Shown here: one piece after another, positions 27,578 to 36,071 of the stretch | Position numbering within the stretch: position 1 is the stretch's first letter | Layout of the letters: each line of letters starts with the position of its first letter | Origin: Thermomicrobiales bacterium | Lineage (GTDB): Bacteria; Chloroflexota; Chloroflexia; Thermomicrobiales; UBA6265 | DNA length: 52,285 nucleotides | Direction of reading: 5' to 3' | Assembly (NCBI GenBank): GCA_033813515.1 | Contig: JAPXRQ010000002.1 | Location: 1-52,285 of the forward strand | Program-made: the position numbers and the translations under genes | The notes under the pieces: model-generated | Told to the model about the DNA's origin: nothing | The model's database searches: none | The model's input: only the letters and a program-made list of their open reading frames with translations

Positions 27578-28713
27578 AGCCCCGACTCGCGCACATCATC
27601 ACGGGTCTCCAGACTGGCGGCGCCGAACTGATGCTCGAACGCCTGGTTGCCGGCCAGTCGCATTCAGCCTTCGATCAGATCGTGATCTGTCTGACCGGTG
27701 ATGGACCGACGGCCGCACGCATCCGTATCGCAGGCACGCGGGTCATCTGCCTCAATCTCCGCCCTGGTCTGCCCAATCCGCTCGCCATCGCCCGCATCCG
27801 CACCACCCTGCGCGAGGAGCAAATCGCAATCGCACAGACCTGGCTGTACCATGCCGACTTGCTCGGTGGCCTTGCCGCCAGATCCGCAGGCATTCCCGTG
27901 CTCTGGGGCATCCATCGCAGCAGCCTCGATCCCGCTGTCACCAGCCGCAGTGTGATCTGGACCGCGCGGGCGTGCCGCACAATTGCCGGCCGGGTGCCAT
28001 CCCGGATCGTCTGTTGTTCCGAGGCGACGGTTACTGCCCACAAGGCCTTTGGCTATCCGGCCGCAAAACTGACCGAGATCCCCAACGGCTTCGATCTTGA
28101 CCAATTCCAGCCGGATGCCTGCCTACGTCGCACCACCCGCGAGGCGCTGAAGATCCCGACCAGCGCTACGGTCGTGGGAATCATCGGCCGCTTTGTTCCC
28201 CTCAAGAACCACCGCATGTTTGTCGAGGCATGTGGAACGGCTGCGCGCACCGATCCCAACCTTCACATGGTGATGATTGGCGACGGACTCGAGTCCTCGA
28301 ATCCGGAACTCGCAACCTGGATCGCGGAAACCGGCGTTGCCAATCGTTTCCACCTTCCTGGGCGCCGCACGGATACCCATGCCATGCTCAATGCCATGGA
28401 TATCTTCTGCCTGACCTCCGATACCGAAGCCTTCCCGCTCGTCCTCGGAGAAGCGATGTCCACCTGCGTTCCCTGCATGGCGACCGATGTCGGCGATTGC
28501 CGCCGCATCATCGGACCAACTGGAACGGTGATCTCACCGCGCGATACGGTTGCCCTTGCCAATGCGATCACCCGGCTGACCGTAGATCCGGTCGAACGCC
28601 TCTGCCTGGGTCGTGCTGCCCGCCAGCGCATTGCCGACAACTTCGCCATCGACACCATTGCCGCCCGGTACGACGCGCTCTGGAGCGAAACGCTGGCCGG
28701 AGCAGCCGCGTGA
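27574..28713 (+). CDS. GT4-family glycosyltransferase
   Basis: 379 aa with a GTGA overlap with the upstream stop. Motifs seen: ITGLQTGGAELMLERL and SDTEAFPLVLGEAMSTCVPCMATDVGD. Confidence 0.85.
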   Translation: MKPRLAHIITGLQTGGAELMLERLVAGQSHSAFDQIVICLTGDGPTAARIRIAGTRVICLNLRPGLPNPLAIARIRTTLREEQIAIAQTWLYHADLLGGLAARSAGIPVLWGIHRSSLDPAVTSRSVIWTARACRTIAGRVPSRIVCCSEATVTAHKAFGYPAAKLTEIPNGFDLDQFQPDACLRRTTREALKIPTSATVVGIIGRFVPLKNHRMFVEACGTAARTDPNLHMVMIGDGLESSNPELATWIAETGVANRFHLPGRRTDTHAMLNAMDIFCLTSDTEAFPLVLGEAMSTCVPCMATDVGDCRRIIGPTGTVISPRDTVALANAITRLTVDPVERLCLGRAARQRIADNFAIDTIAARYDALWSETLAGAAA

Positions 28714-29804
28714 ACATCGTCTGGCTGATTACGCGCGGCGATTCCATCGGCGGCGCCCAGATCCACGTTCGCGATCTGGCTCTTCGTGCCCAGGCCGATG
28801 GCCACGCAGTTACCGTCGCCACCGGGGCGGCAGGACCACTGACGGAACAGTTGAGCTCCGCTGGAATCCCAACCCGGATCGTCGAAGGCATGCTCCGCGA
28901 GATCAATCCAATCCATGACGTAGGCGCAATCCGCTCGGTCACCGATTTGCTGCGCGACATCAGACCGAACGTGATCAGCACGCACAGCAGCAAGGCCGGC
29001 ATCATCGGCCGCATTGCCGCCAGGCGAGCCGGTGTGCCCGCTGTTTTCACCGCACATGGCTGGGCGTTCACCGATGGCGTGCCCCAACCCAAACGCGCGA
29101 TTTACCGGCTGACCGAGCGCGCCACGGCACCACTGGCGCGCCGCATCATCTGCGTCTCCAGGCACGATCTTGCCCTCGCCACATCCGCCGGCATCGCATC
29201 CGACCGACTGATCGCCATCCACAACGGCATGCCCGATATTGCCGGCGACCTTCGTGCCCATCCGGATCAGGGCCAACCAGTTCGCGCGGTGATGACTGCC
29301 CGCTTTGATCGTCAAAAAGATCACGAAACACTCCTGCGCGCCCTGCTTGATGTTCCTGATATGCATCTCGACCTGGTCGGAGATGGGCCGGATCATCACC
29401 GCATCGCGCAGCGCATCCGCACCCTCGGCCTGGCGGATCGCGTTCACATCCTGGGCCAGCGTCACGATGTCGACCGCATCCTTGCCCGTGCCCATCTCTT
29501 CGTTCTCAGTTCCCACTGGGAGGGCTTCCCGCGGTCCACCCTCGAAGCGATGCGCGCCGGTCTTCCCGTTGTTGTTTCCGATGTCGGCGGAGCAGCGGAA
29601 GCGATCGAAGAGGGAACAACCGGATTTGTCGTTCCACCATCGGATCGGGATGCGCTTGTCGCCAGACTGACCGAACTGAGCGCCAATCCGGCCTTGCGGA
29701 AGTCCATGGGGGATGCAGGACGCCAGCGGTACGAAGCGTTGTTCACATTTGATCGCATGTACGATCAAACCATGGAAGTTTTGAGGGCGGCGAGCACCGA
29801 CTGA
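28710..29804 (+). CDS. GT4-family glycosyltransferase
   Basis: 364 aa from GTG 28710 (GTGA overlap), starting VNIVWLITRGDSIGGAQIHVRDLA. Motif seen: SHWEGFPRSTLEAMRAGLPVVVSDVGGAAEAIEEGTTGFVV. The 160-codon upstream extension in the ORF track overlaps the previous gene in another frame and is Arg/Pro/His-rich. Confidence 0.85.
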   Translation: MNIVWLITRGDSIGGAQIHVRDLALRAQADGHAVTVATGAAGPLTEQLSSAGIPTRIVEGMLREINPIHDVGAIRSVTDLLRDIRPNVISTHSSKAGIIGRIAARRAGVPAVFTAHGWAFTDGVPQPKRAIYRLTERATAPLARRIICVSRHDLALATSAGIASDRLIAIHNGMPDIAGDLRAHPDQGQPVRAVMTARFDRQKDHETLLRALLDVPDMHLDLVGDGPDHHRIAQRIRTLGLADRVHILGQRHDVDRILARAHLFVLSSHWEGFPRSTLEAMRAGLPVVVSDVGGAAEAIEEGTTGFVVPPSDRDALVARLTELSANPALRKSMGDAGRQRYEALFTFDRMYDQTMEVLRAASTD

Positions 29805-29959
29805 TCGGGAGAAAAGTCCCGGTTTGCGGTGACTGTTGGGCTAGGGAAAACGGGCTAGACCACTTCCATACTGAGTCACACATTCGTCATGGATGGTGCG
29901 GTCCGCTGGTCCCGCGCGATCCGGCACCGACAGGCTTCCCGTTGCATGTCCGAACGGTG

Positions 29960-31189
29960 ATGCCACCCGCCCGCAGATGGACATGGATGGCTGATCCTGT
30001 GTCGACGCTCACTGCCCACCCGCATGTTGCCGCCGCCGAAGAGCGACTGTTGCACATTGCCCCGGGTCCGGTTGCGCATCACACCATCTGTCCCGTCCAG
30101 GATCTGCCCGCGGATCTCGAAACCGCCCGATCCTGGGGCATGCTCGCCGCCCGATGGGGCACCTCGCCCTTCCTCTTCCCGTCATGGATCGACACCTGGG
30201 TCACCTGGTATCAGCCGCAATCCCGGATCGAGATCTTCGATGCCCGCGCCGGCGAGCAGGTGATCGGCGCCCTTCCTTTGCTCCGCGAATCAACCTGGCT
30301 GTGCGGCGTACCAGTTCGCCGATTGCGCCCACCGTACTCGCTCACCAGCCCCGATCCCTACGAATTGCAAACCGTGCCCGGGGGCCAGGATCTTGCCGCG
30401 GAAGCGATCTGGAATCACCTCCGCCGCGATCGCTCCTGGGATGTTATTGAACTCGTCGACCTTGCCGCCGGGAGTTCCGCCGCCGCACTGATCGCGCAGG
30501 CAGAGGCGAGCGGCTTCGTTACCGGCCGTCGACCTTCGCGTGTCACCCCGTGGGTGGACCTGACCACGATTACCGATCCCTTCGCCCACACCACTGCCAA
30601 ATTCCGGGCCAATCTCCGTCGTCGTCGCCGCAATCTGGAACAGTTGGGCAATCTCCAACTGGTGCGCCATACCGATCTCTCGAGCGATGTCGTGAATCAG
30701 TTCCTCGAGCTGGAGCACGCCGGCTGGAAGGGCCGCAATGGCACGTCCATCCTGAGTAGTGCGACCGACACGATGTACCACTGCGCAATCGCGAGGGTGG
30801 CGGCCGAGGCCGGACACCTCGCCATCTACAGTCTCGAATTCGACGGCAAACCGATCGCCATGCACTTCGGTGTCATTGCCCAGAACCGGTACTCGGTCCC
30901 GAAACTTGCCTTCGACGAACAGTTTCACGAGTACGCACCGGGTCACATCCTCGTCCACGATGTGCTGCAGGACCTGATCGCCCGCGATATCGCGGAGTTC
31001 GATTTCCTTGGCAATCAGATGGATTGGAAGCGCGAGTGGACCCCGCTTACCCGATCCTGCGAGCGAGTCCATATCTTCAACCGAACAACCTGTGGCCTCG
31101 CTGCCGCCGGGATGCGGTACAACCTGCTGCCCCGCGCCCGCGCCGTCCGCAATCGTCTCGCCGCCGTCCAGCCGGAGCACGGGTCATGA
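29960..31189 (+). CDS. CelD/FemAB-like (BioF2-like, Acetyltransf_6) GNAT-fold acyltransferase
   Basis: About 409 aa. The start is uncertain (ATG 29960 preferred; TTG 29942, GTG 29957 and ATG 29987 are alternatives). The pattern SPFLFPSWIDTW..., LELEHAGWKGRNGTSI and the C-terminal EFDFLGNQMDWKREWT resemble CelD-like proteins (FDFLRG.E.YK..W motif, recognised from memory). Confidence 0.65.
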   Translation: MPPARRWTWMADPVSTLTAHPHVAAAEERLLHIAPGPVAHHTICPVQDLPADLETARSWGMLAARWGTSPFLFPSWIDTWVTWYQPQSRIEIFDARAGEQVIGALPLLRESTWLCGVPVRRLRPPYSLTSPDPYELQTVPGGQDLAAEAIWNHLRRDRSWDVIELVDLAAGSSAAALIAQAEASGFVTGRRPSRVTPWVDLTTITDPFAHTTAKFRANLRRRRRNLEQLGNLQLVRHTDLSSDVVNQFLELEHAGWKGRNGTSILSSATDTMYHCAIARVAAEAGHLAIYSLEFDGKPIAMHFGVIAQNRYSVPKLAFDEQFHEYAPGHILVHDVLQDLIARDIAEFDFLGNQMDWKREWTPLTRSCERVHIFNRTTCGLAAAGMRYNLLPRARAVRNRLAAVQPEHGS

Positions 31190-32385
31190 GCACCGTGCCG
31201 TGCCCCCAAATCGGAACCCGCACCTTCGCTGGTCGCGATACCTTGCTTTCCCCCGCGATGTTGGTGCGCCGGCCCGCCCGGAATCAACACTGGCTATCCA
31301 GCAACACGAACGTCACCTACCACTACCTCGGACGCAACGCCAGCCATGCCCTGGTCAGGGGACTTGGGCTTGGCAATGGCGCCGAGGTGCTCTTTCCCTC
31401 CTTTTTCGGACCTCCCGTCCTGCAGGCGCCAATGGATGCGGGTGCTGCCATCCGCTTCTATCAAGTCCGCGCCGACCTGAGCGTTCGCATCGAGGACATT
31501 CGCACGGCCCTTACCGCGCAAACCAGAGCCATCTATCTGATCCACTTTAACGGCGTTCCGGGCCCGATCGACGCCGTCATGGATCTTGCCCGGGAGCGAG
31601 ATCTCGTCGTCATCGAGGACAGTGCCCATGCCCTGCTCTCCACCATCGACGGCCGACCGGCAGGCTCGATTGGCGATGGCGGCGTCTTCTCGTTCTACAA
31701 GTGGGTTCCGGTCCCGAATGGCGCGGCCTTCGTTGCCAACCGGCCACTGATCGAGGCCGTCCCGCCTGCGGATCGCCGAAGCCTGACCTCCGGCGTGACA
31801 CTTTCGGCCTTCTCGCTGCTCGACTATGCCGATCGCAACTGGGGCACGCCCGGCATGAAGTTGCACGATTCAGTTCGCGCACTGGGCAGGCAGGTCTCGC
31901 GCCGCAGTTCGCTCGCCTATGTGTCGACCGGTGGGGTTGAGTTCCATCATGACGAACTCAACTACAGCATGAGCGCCATCTCTCACCGCATCATGGCTGT
32001 CCAGAACTGGGACGAAATCGTGCGCCGCCGCCGAGAGAACTACGCGCATCTGAGCGACCTCCTCGCCGACTGCTCGCCATCGGTCCAGGGCGAGCTCCCG
32101 CTCGGCGCGACACCGCTCTTCTATGCCACGGCAGTCGCAGACAAGCGCTCCGTCCTCAGCCGGCTTGCTGCCCGCGGGATACAAGGGCGCAACTTCTGGG
32201 AACTCCATCATCCGCTTCTCCCATCCGGCACATGGGCAGATACCGATCACCTTCGCCGCACCACCATGGAGCTGCCGATCCATCAGGATCTCGACGCACC
32301 CGACATCGAACGCATCGCCGCCGCCGTCCGCACACTGGTCGGTGCCCCTCGCCAGCATGTCGTTCTGGATCGGATTGCTTCCTGA
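31186..32385 (+). CDS. DegT/DnrJ/EryC1/StrS-like PLP-dependent aminotransferase (divergent)
   Basis: 399 aa from ATG 31186 (ATGA overlap). Motifs seen: GRNASHALVRGLGLGNGAEVLFPSFFG, VIEDSAHALLS, GSIGDGGVFSFYKWVPVPNGAAFV (candidate PLP-Lys in FSFYK). Confidence 0.7.
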   Translation: MSTVPCPQIGTRTFAGRDTLLSPAMLVRRPARNQHWLSSNTNVTYHYLGRNASHALVRGLGLGNGAEVLFPSFFGPPVLQAPMDAGAAIRFYQVRADLSVRIEDIRTALTAQTRAIYLIHFNGVPGPIDAVMDLARERDLVVIEDSAHALLSTIDGRPAGSIGDGGVFSFYKWVPVPNGAAFVANRPLIEAVPPADRRSLTSGVTLSAFSLLDYADRNWGTPGMKLHDSVRALGRQVSRRSSLAYVSTGGVEFHHDELNYSMSAISHRIMAVQNWDEIVRRRRENYAHLSDLLADCSPSVQGELPLGATPLFYATAVADKRSVLSRLAARGIQGRNFWELHHPLLPSGTWADTDHLRRTTMELPIHQDLDAPDIERIAAAVRTLVGAPRQHVVLDRIAS

Positions 32386-33506
32386 TGGCTTCGCTCGCCG
32401 CCACACCGCTGCCAGAGACCGCACGCAATCCGCTGACGATTACCGTCGAGCGCAATCGGGATCGCGTCGCATTGCTCTGGAAGTCGCTGGAGCAGCGTAT
32501 CGGCAATGGCTCGCTCGCCACCTCCTGGGTCTGGACGAGCACCTGGCTGGCCGCCTACGGCGATGCAATCGATCACTGGTTCGTTATCGCCATGACAGGT
32601 GGCCTCCCGGTCGGGATGGCCCTTCTCACCCGTGGCGTCAATCAGCGCCGCGGCCCACTGCCGGTCCGATCGATCCACATCGGCACCGCCGGAGAATCAC
32701 CTGGCGAAGGCGTCTGGATCGAGTACAACCGCCTGCTGGTCGAGCCGGAACATCGCGCTGCCTTTCTGGACATCCTCACCTCCGCCCCCGGCTGCCGGTG
32801 GGGAACAGCCGATGTGCTGCAACTGGACGGCTTCGATCCAGATGAACTGGGCGAGGCCACGCGCGCCATCGCGACCATCCAGGAGCGCACCTGTTACATC
32901 GCCGCCATCGATCCACAGACAGATCCGATCGACTCCTTTGATCGCGAGACGCGCCGCAAACTCAGGAACACGCTCCGCCGCTTCACCGCTGAGTTCGGTC
33001 CGGTTGCCGTTGAGTGGATCGACGACCCCCACCGCGCCGAAGCCGTGTTTGCCGAGCTCATCGTGCTGCATCAGGAACGCTGGGTCACCGCAGGCGAACC
33101 CGGCGCCTTTGCCAGCGTCCGCTTCCGCGCGTTCCATGATCAGCTCATTCGACGCCTGGTCAGCGAGCAGGGTGTCGTCCTCGTCCGTATCACCGCGGGA
33201 ACGCAACTCATCGGAATCTTCTACGGACTGGTTGAACGCGACGTCATCTTCCACTATCAATGGGGCTTAACCGCGTTCGCAGACAACCGGCTTGCCCCCG
33301 GATTTATCACTGGCTATCTCGTGCTCGATGAAGCCCGCCGGCGTGGGTACAGGGAGTTCAACTGGCTCGCCGGCGATCATCGCTACAAAAAGGATCTTTC
33401 GACAGGTGCACGGTCGCTGATTTGGGCCGAGATTCCACTCTCGCCCTGGATGCGAACCATCTCCGGATTGGTAGTAGCCAGACGAACGCTAAGGGGATTG
33501 CTGTGA
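32385..33506 (+). CDS. CelD/FemAB-like (BioF2-like) GNAT-fold acyltransferase, paralog of 29960..31189
   Basis: 373 aa from ATG 32385 (TGATG overlap). Motifs seen: LWKSLEQRIGNGSLATSWVWTSTWL, LHQERWVTAGEPGAF and the C-terminal EFNWLAGDHRYKKDLST. The architecture matches the upstream paralog. Confidence 0.65.
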   Translation: MASLAATPLPETARNPLTITVERNRDRVALLWKSLEQRIGNGSLATSWVWTSTWLAAYGDAIDHWFVIAMTGGLPVGMALLTRGVNQRRGPLPVRSIHIGTAGESPGEGVWIEYNRLLVEPEHRAAFLDILTSAPGCRWGTADVLQLDGFDPDELGEATRAIATIQERTCYIAAIDPQTDPIDSFDRETRRKLRNTLRRFTAEFGPVAVEWIDDPHRAEAVFAELIVLHQERWVTAGEPGAFASVRFRAFHDQLIRRLVSEQGVVLVRITAGTQLIGIFYGLVERDVIFHYQWGLTAFADNRLAPGFITGYLVLDEARRRGYREFNWLAGDHRYKKDLSTGARSLIWAEIPLSPWMRTISGLVVARRTLRGLL

Positions 33507-34513
33507 TTTCCAAAATTGATATGGCCGCAAATGCATTTCGCTGGTTTGGCGGCGACATCCTCTCCCGCAACGCCCCGTTTGGCGATGGCATCCTCGTCTT
33601 CAACTATCACCGCATCGGCAATGCATCCGAGTCCCAATACGATCGCGATGTCTTCAGCACAACAGCCGATCAGTTCGACGTGCAAATGGATTTCCTCAAG
33701 CGCAACTTTGAGGTCATCAGCCCGCACGATCTGCCGATGGCGCGTCGTCTCGCTCGCGGCCGCTACGTCATCATCACGTTCGATGACGGGTACATCGACA
33801 ACTACCAGCTCGCGTTTCCAATCCTCAAGAGCCACGGCCTGAACGCAACCTTCTTTATCCCGACCGGCATGATCGACCGCCGCGAACTCTCATGGTGGGA
33901 TACCATCGCCTGGATGATTCGGCACAGCGACGCGCGCCAGATTCCTGCAGATGAATGGTTCGAGGCCCCGCTGCCAATGACCGGCGATGCCCGTGAGTAC
34001 GCGATCCGCCAGGCCCTCAAGACATACAAGAGCCTGCCCGGCCGCGATACCGCCCGCTATGTCGATTTCCTTGCCAACGTCACGGGTCACGCCACCTTGC
34101 CAACCCATCTGGGCGACGAGCTCTGGATGACCTGGAACAACATCCGCGAACTCCGCCTGGCCGGCATGACGATCGGTGGCCACACCGTCAATCATCCGCT
34201 GCTTGCCCGGCTTTCCTCGACCGAGCAGTTCGATGAAATCCGCGGCAGTCGAGATCGTCTGCAGGAGATGCTCGGAACAGCGCCCAAGGCCTTCGCCTAT
34301 CCCGTCGGCAAGCCGGATACCTTCACCACCATTACCCGCGCCATCCTGCTCTCCACCGGGTACGAGTACGCCTTCAGCTTCTACGGCGGATACCAGAACC
34401 TGGCCGATATCGATCTGCTCGATATCCGCCGCGTCAATGTCGGGCGCCGCACCAGCCAGTCACTCTTTGAAATGCTCTCATCGCTGCCAACAGTGTTCGC
34501 CCGTTTCGCGTAG
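33503..34513 (+). CDS. Polysaccharide deacetylase (NodB homology/CE4 family)
   Basis: 336 aa from GTG 33503 (GTGA overlap, AGGGG 5-6 nt upstream); ATG 33521 is an alternative. Motifs seen: VFNYHRIG, IITFDDGYIDNY, GLNATFFIPTG, MTIGGHTVNHPLL. Confidence 0.8.
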   Translation: MISKIDMAANAFRWFGGDILSRNAPFGDGILVFNYHRIGNASESQYDRDVFSTTADQFDVQMDFLKRNFEVISPHDLPMARRLARGRYVIITFDDGYIDNYQLAFPILKSHGLNATFFIPTGMIDRRELSWWDTIAWMIRHSDARQIPADEWFEAPLPMTGDAREYAIRQALKTYKSLPGRDTARYVDFLANVTGHATLPTHLGDELWMTWNNIRELRLAGMTIGGHTVNHPLLARLSSTEQFDEIRGSRDRLQEMLGTAPKAFAYPVGKPDTFTTITRAILLSTGYEYAFSFYGGYQNLADIDLLDIRRVNVGRRTSQSLFEMLSSLPTVFARFA

Positions 34514-34580
34514 GCGCGTCCTCTCCCAACCCACCGTGCGAGAATCCATCCAACGGAATCGCGTACGCGTGGAGTCTTGC

Positions 34581-36071
34581 GTGAACATTCAGATTGCCCA
34601 GTTCGATCCACTTTCGGTAGAAACCGATGCCCTCATCCTGCCGATCACCTCGGCCGACAAGAAACCCATGTTTACCGCCGCGATCTCCGAGATCGATGTC
34701 GCCGTCGGGGGCGAACTGACCCGCTTCGCCTCGGATACCAACTACGCGGCCAAGCGTGGCGCCAGTCTCGCCTATGCGACCGCTGGACGACTTCCCGCCC
34801 GCCGGGTGATCCTCGCCGGGGTCGGAGCCGAGCCGGTCACCTCAGAGAATCTCCGCCGGGCGTACGGGGCCGCCGTCTCGGCTGCCCGTGATGCGGGAGC
34901 CAAATCGGTTCACCTCGCGCTCCCTGAAACCAATTCGGTGCAGGCTGCCGAAGCCGCCGCCGAGGCAGCACTCCTGGCGACCTACCGATTCACCACCTAT
35001 TACGGCAAAGCCCGCGCCGAAGATCCGCCCCTCAAGGAAATCGAAAACCTGACGATTTCCGATGGGCCGGATATCGCCGCTGCTGTCGCTCGCGGACAGG
35101 CGCGCGCAAACGCCATCACCCTGACCCGCGATCTCGCCAATGAGCCAGCCAGTGTGCTCCACCCGGTCGAGATGGCCGCCCGCGCGCAGGCCGTGGCTGA
35201 GGCAAATGACCTCGAAATCACCATCCTTGGTCCGGCCGAAATGGAATCGATGGGCATGGGCGCCATTCTCGCGGTGGGCAAGGGCAGCGCCATCGAACCG
35301 CGCATGATTCACCTTGTCTACCGCCCAAATGGCGCCAACAAGTCCGATCGCTCGATCGGCATCGTCGGCAAGTGCATCACCTTCGACACCGGTGGCTACT
35401 CCATCAAACCGTACGAGGGCATGCTCGAGATGAAGGGCGATATGGCTGGTGGCGCGGCTGTCCTTGGCGCCATGTCTGCCCTCCGCGCCCTCGATTGCCC
35501 GCATACCGTGCACGCCGTCATTTGCGCCGCCGAGAACATGATCTCCGGCGAGGCCTTCCGCCCCGGCGATATCCTGACGGCCATGAATGGCGTCACAATC
35601 GAGATCCTTTCCACGGATGCCGAGGGTCGCCTGGTCCTTGCCGATGGCCTCGTCTACTGCAGCAAGCAGGGCGTGCAGGAAATGATCGACCTCGCCACAT
35701 TGACCGGTGCAATCGTGGTTGCCCTCGGTGATGGCACCTGTGGCCTCTTCGCCAATGACGACCCCCTCGCCGATCGCATCCTCGCCGCCGCCGGTGCCGC
35801 CGGGGAGCGAATGTGGCGCATGCCGCTGACCGAGGAACTCAACGACCAGATCCGCGGCGAAGTCGGCGATATCAAAAACACCGGCGGTCGAGGGGGAGGC
35901 GCTATCACCGCCGCCCTCTTCATCAAACACTTCGCTGAAGGCCTGCCCTGGGCCCATCTCGATATCGCTGGCTGTAACCGCACGACCAAGCCTTCCGCCT
36001 ACACCCCGAAGGGGGCAACCGGCTGGGGCACCCGTACCCTGATTGATTACCTCGTCCCGGGAGCCGAATAG
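34581..36071 (+). CDS. pepA: Leucyl aminopeptidase (M17 family)
   Basis: 496 aa from GTG 34581, with GGAG at 34571-34574. Motifs seen: VGKCITFDTGGYSIKP, MKGDMAGGAAVLG, STDAEGRLVLADGL (NTDAEGRL signature), HLDIAG. Confidence 0.9.
   Translation: MNIQIAQFDPLSVETDALILPITSADKKPMFTAAISEIDVAVGGELTRFASDTNYAAKRGASLAYATAGRLPARRVILAGVGAEPVTSENLRRAYGAAVSAARDAGAKSVHLALPETNSVQAAEAAAEAALLATYRFTTYYGKARAEDPPLKEIENLTISDGPDIAAAVARGQARANAITLTRDLANEPASVLHPVEMAARAQAVAEANDLEITILGPAEMESMGMGAILAVGKGSAIEPRMIHLVYRPNGANKSDRSIGIVGKCITFDTGGYSIKPYEGMLEMKGDMAGGAAVLGAMSALRALDCPHTVHAVICAAENMISGEAFRPGDILTAMNGVTIEILSTDAEGRLVLADGLVYCSKQGVQEMIDLATLTGAIVVALGDGTCGLFANDDPLADRILAAAGAAGERMWRMPLTEELNDQIRGEVGDIKNTGGRGGGAITAALFIKHFAEGLPWAHLDIAGCNRTTKPSAYTPKGATGWGTRTLIDYLVPGAE

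Noticed and set aside
28230-28709. 160-codon upstream extension of the fourth GT4 ORF
   Set aside because: It overlaps the third GT4 gene in another frame and has Arg/Pro/His-rich composition. GTG 28710 forms a GTGA junction with the upstream stop and begins the canonical GT4 N-terminus.
29804-29823. Short hairpin (atcggga/tcccggt) right after the last GT4 stop as a terminator
   Set aside because: It has only 7 bp including a G-U pair, and no T-tract follows (ttgcgg). That is too weak to call.
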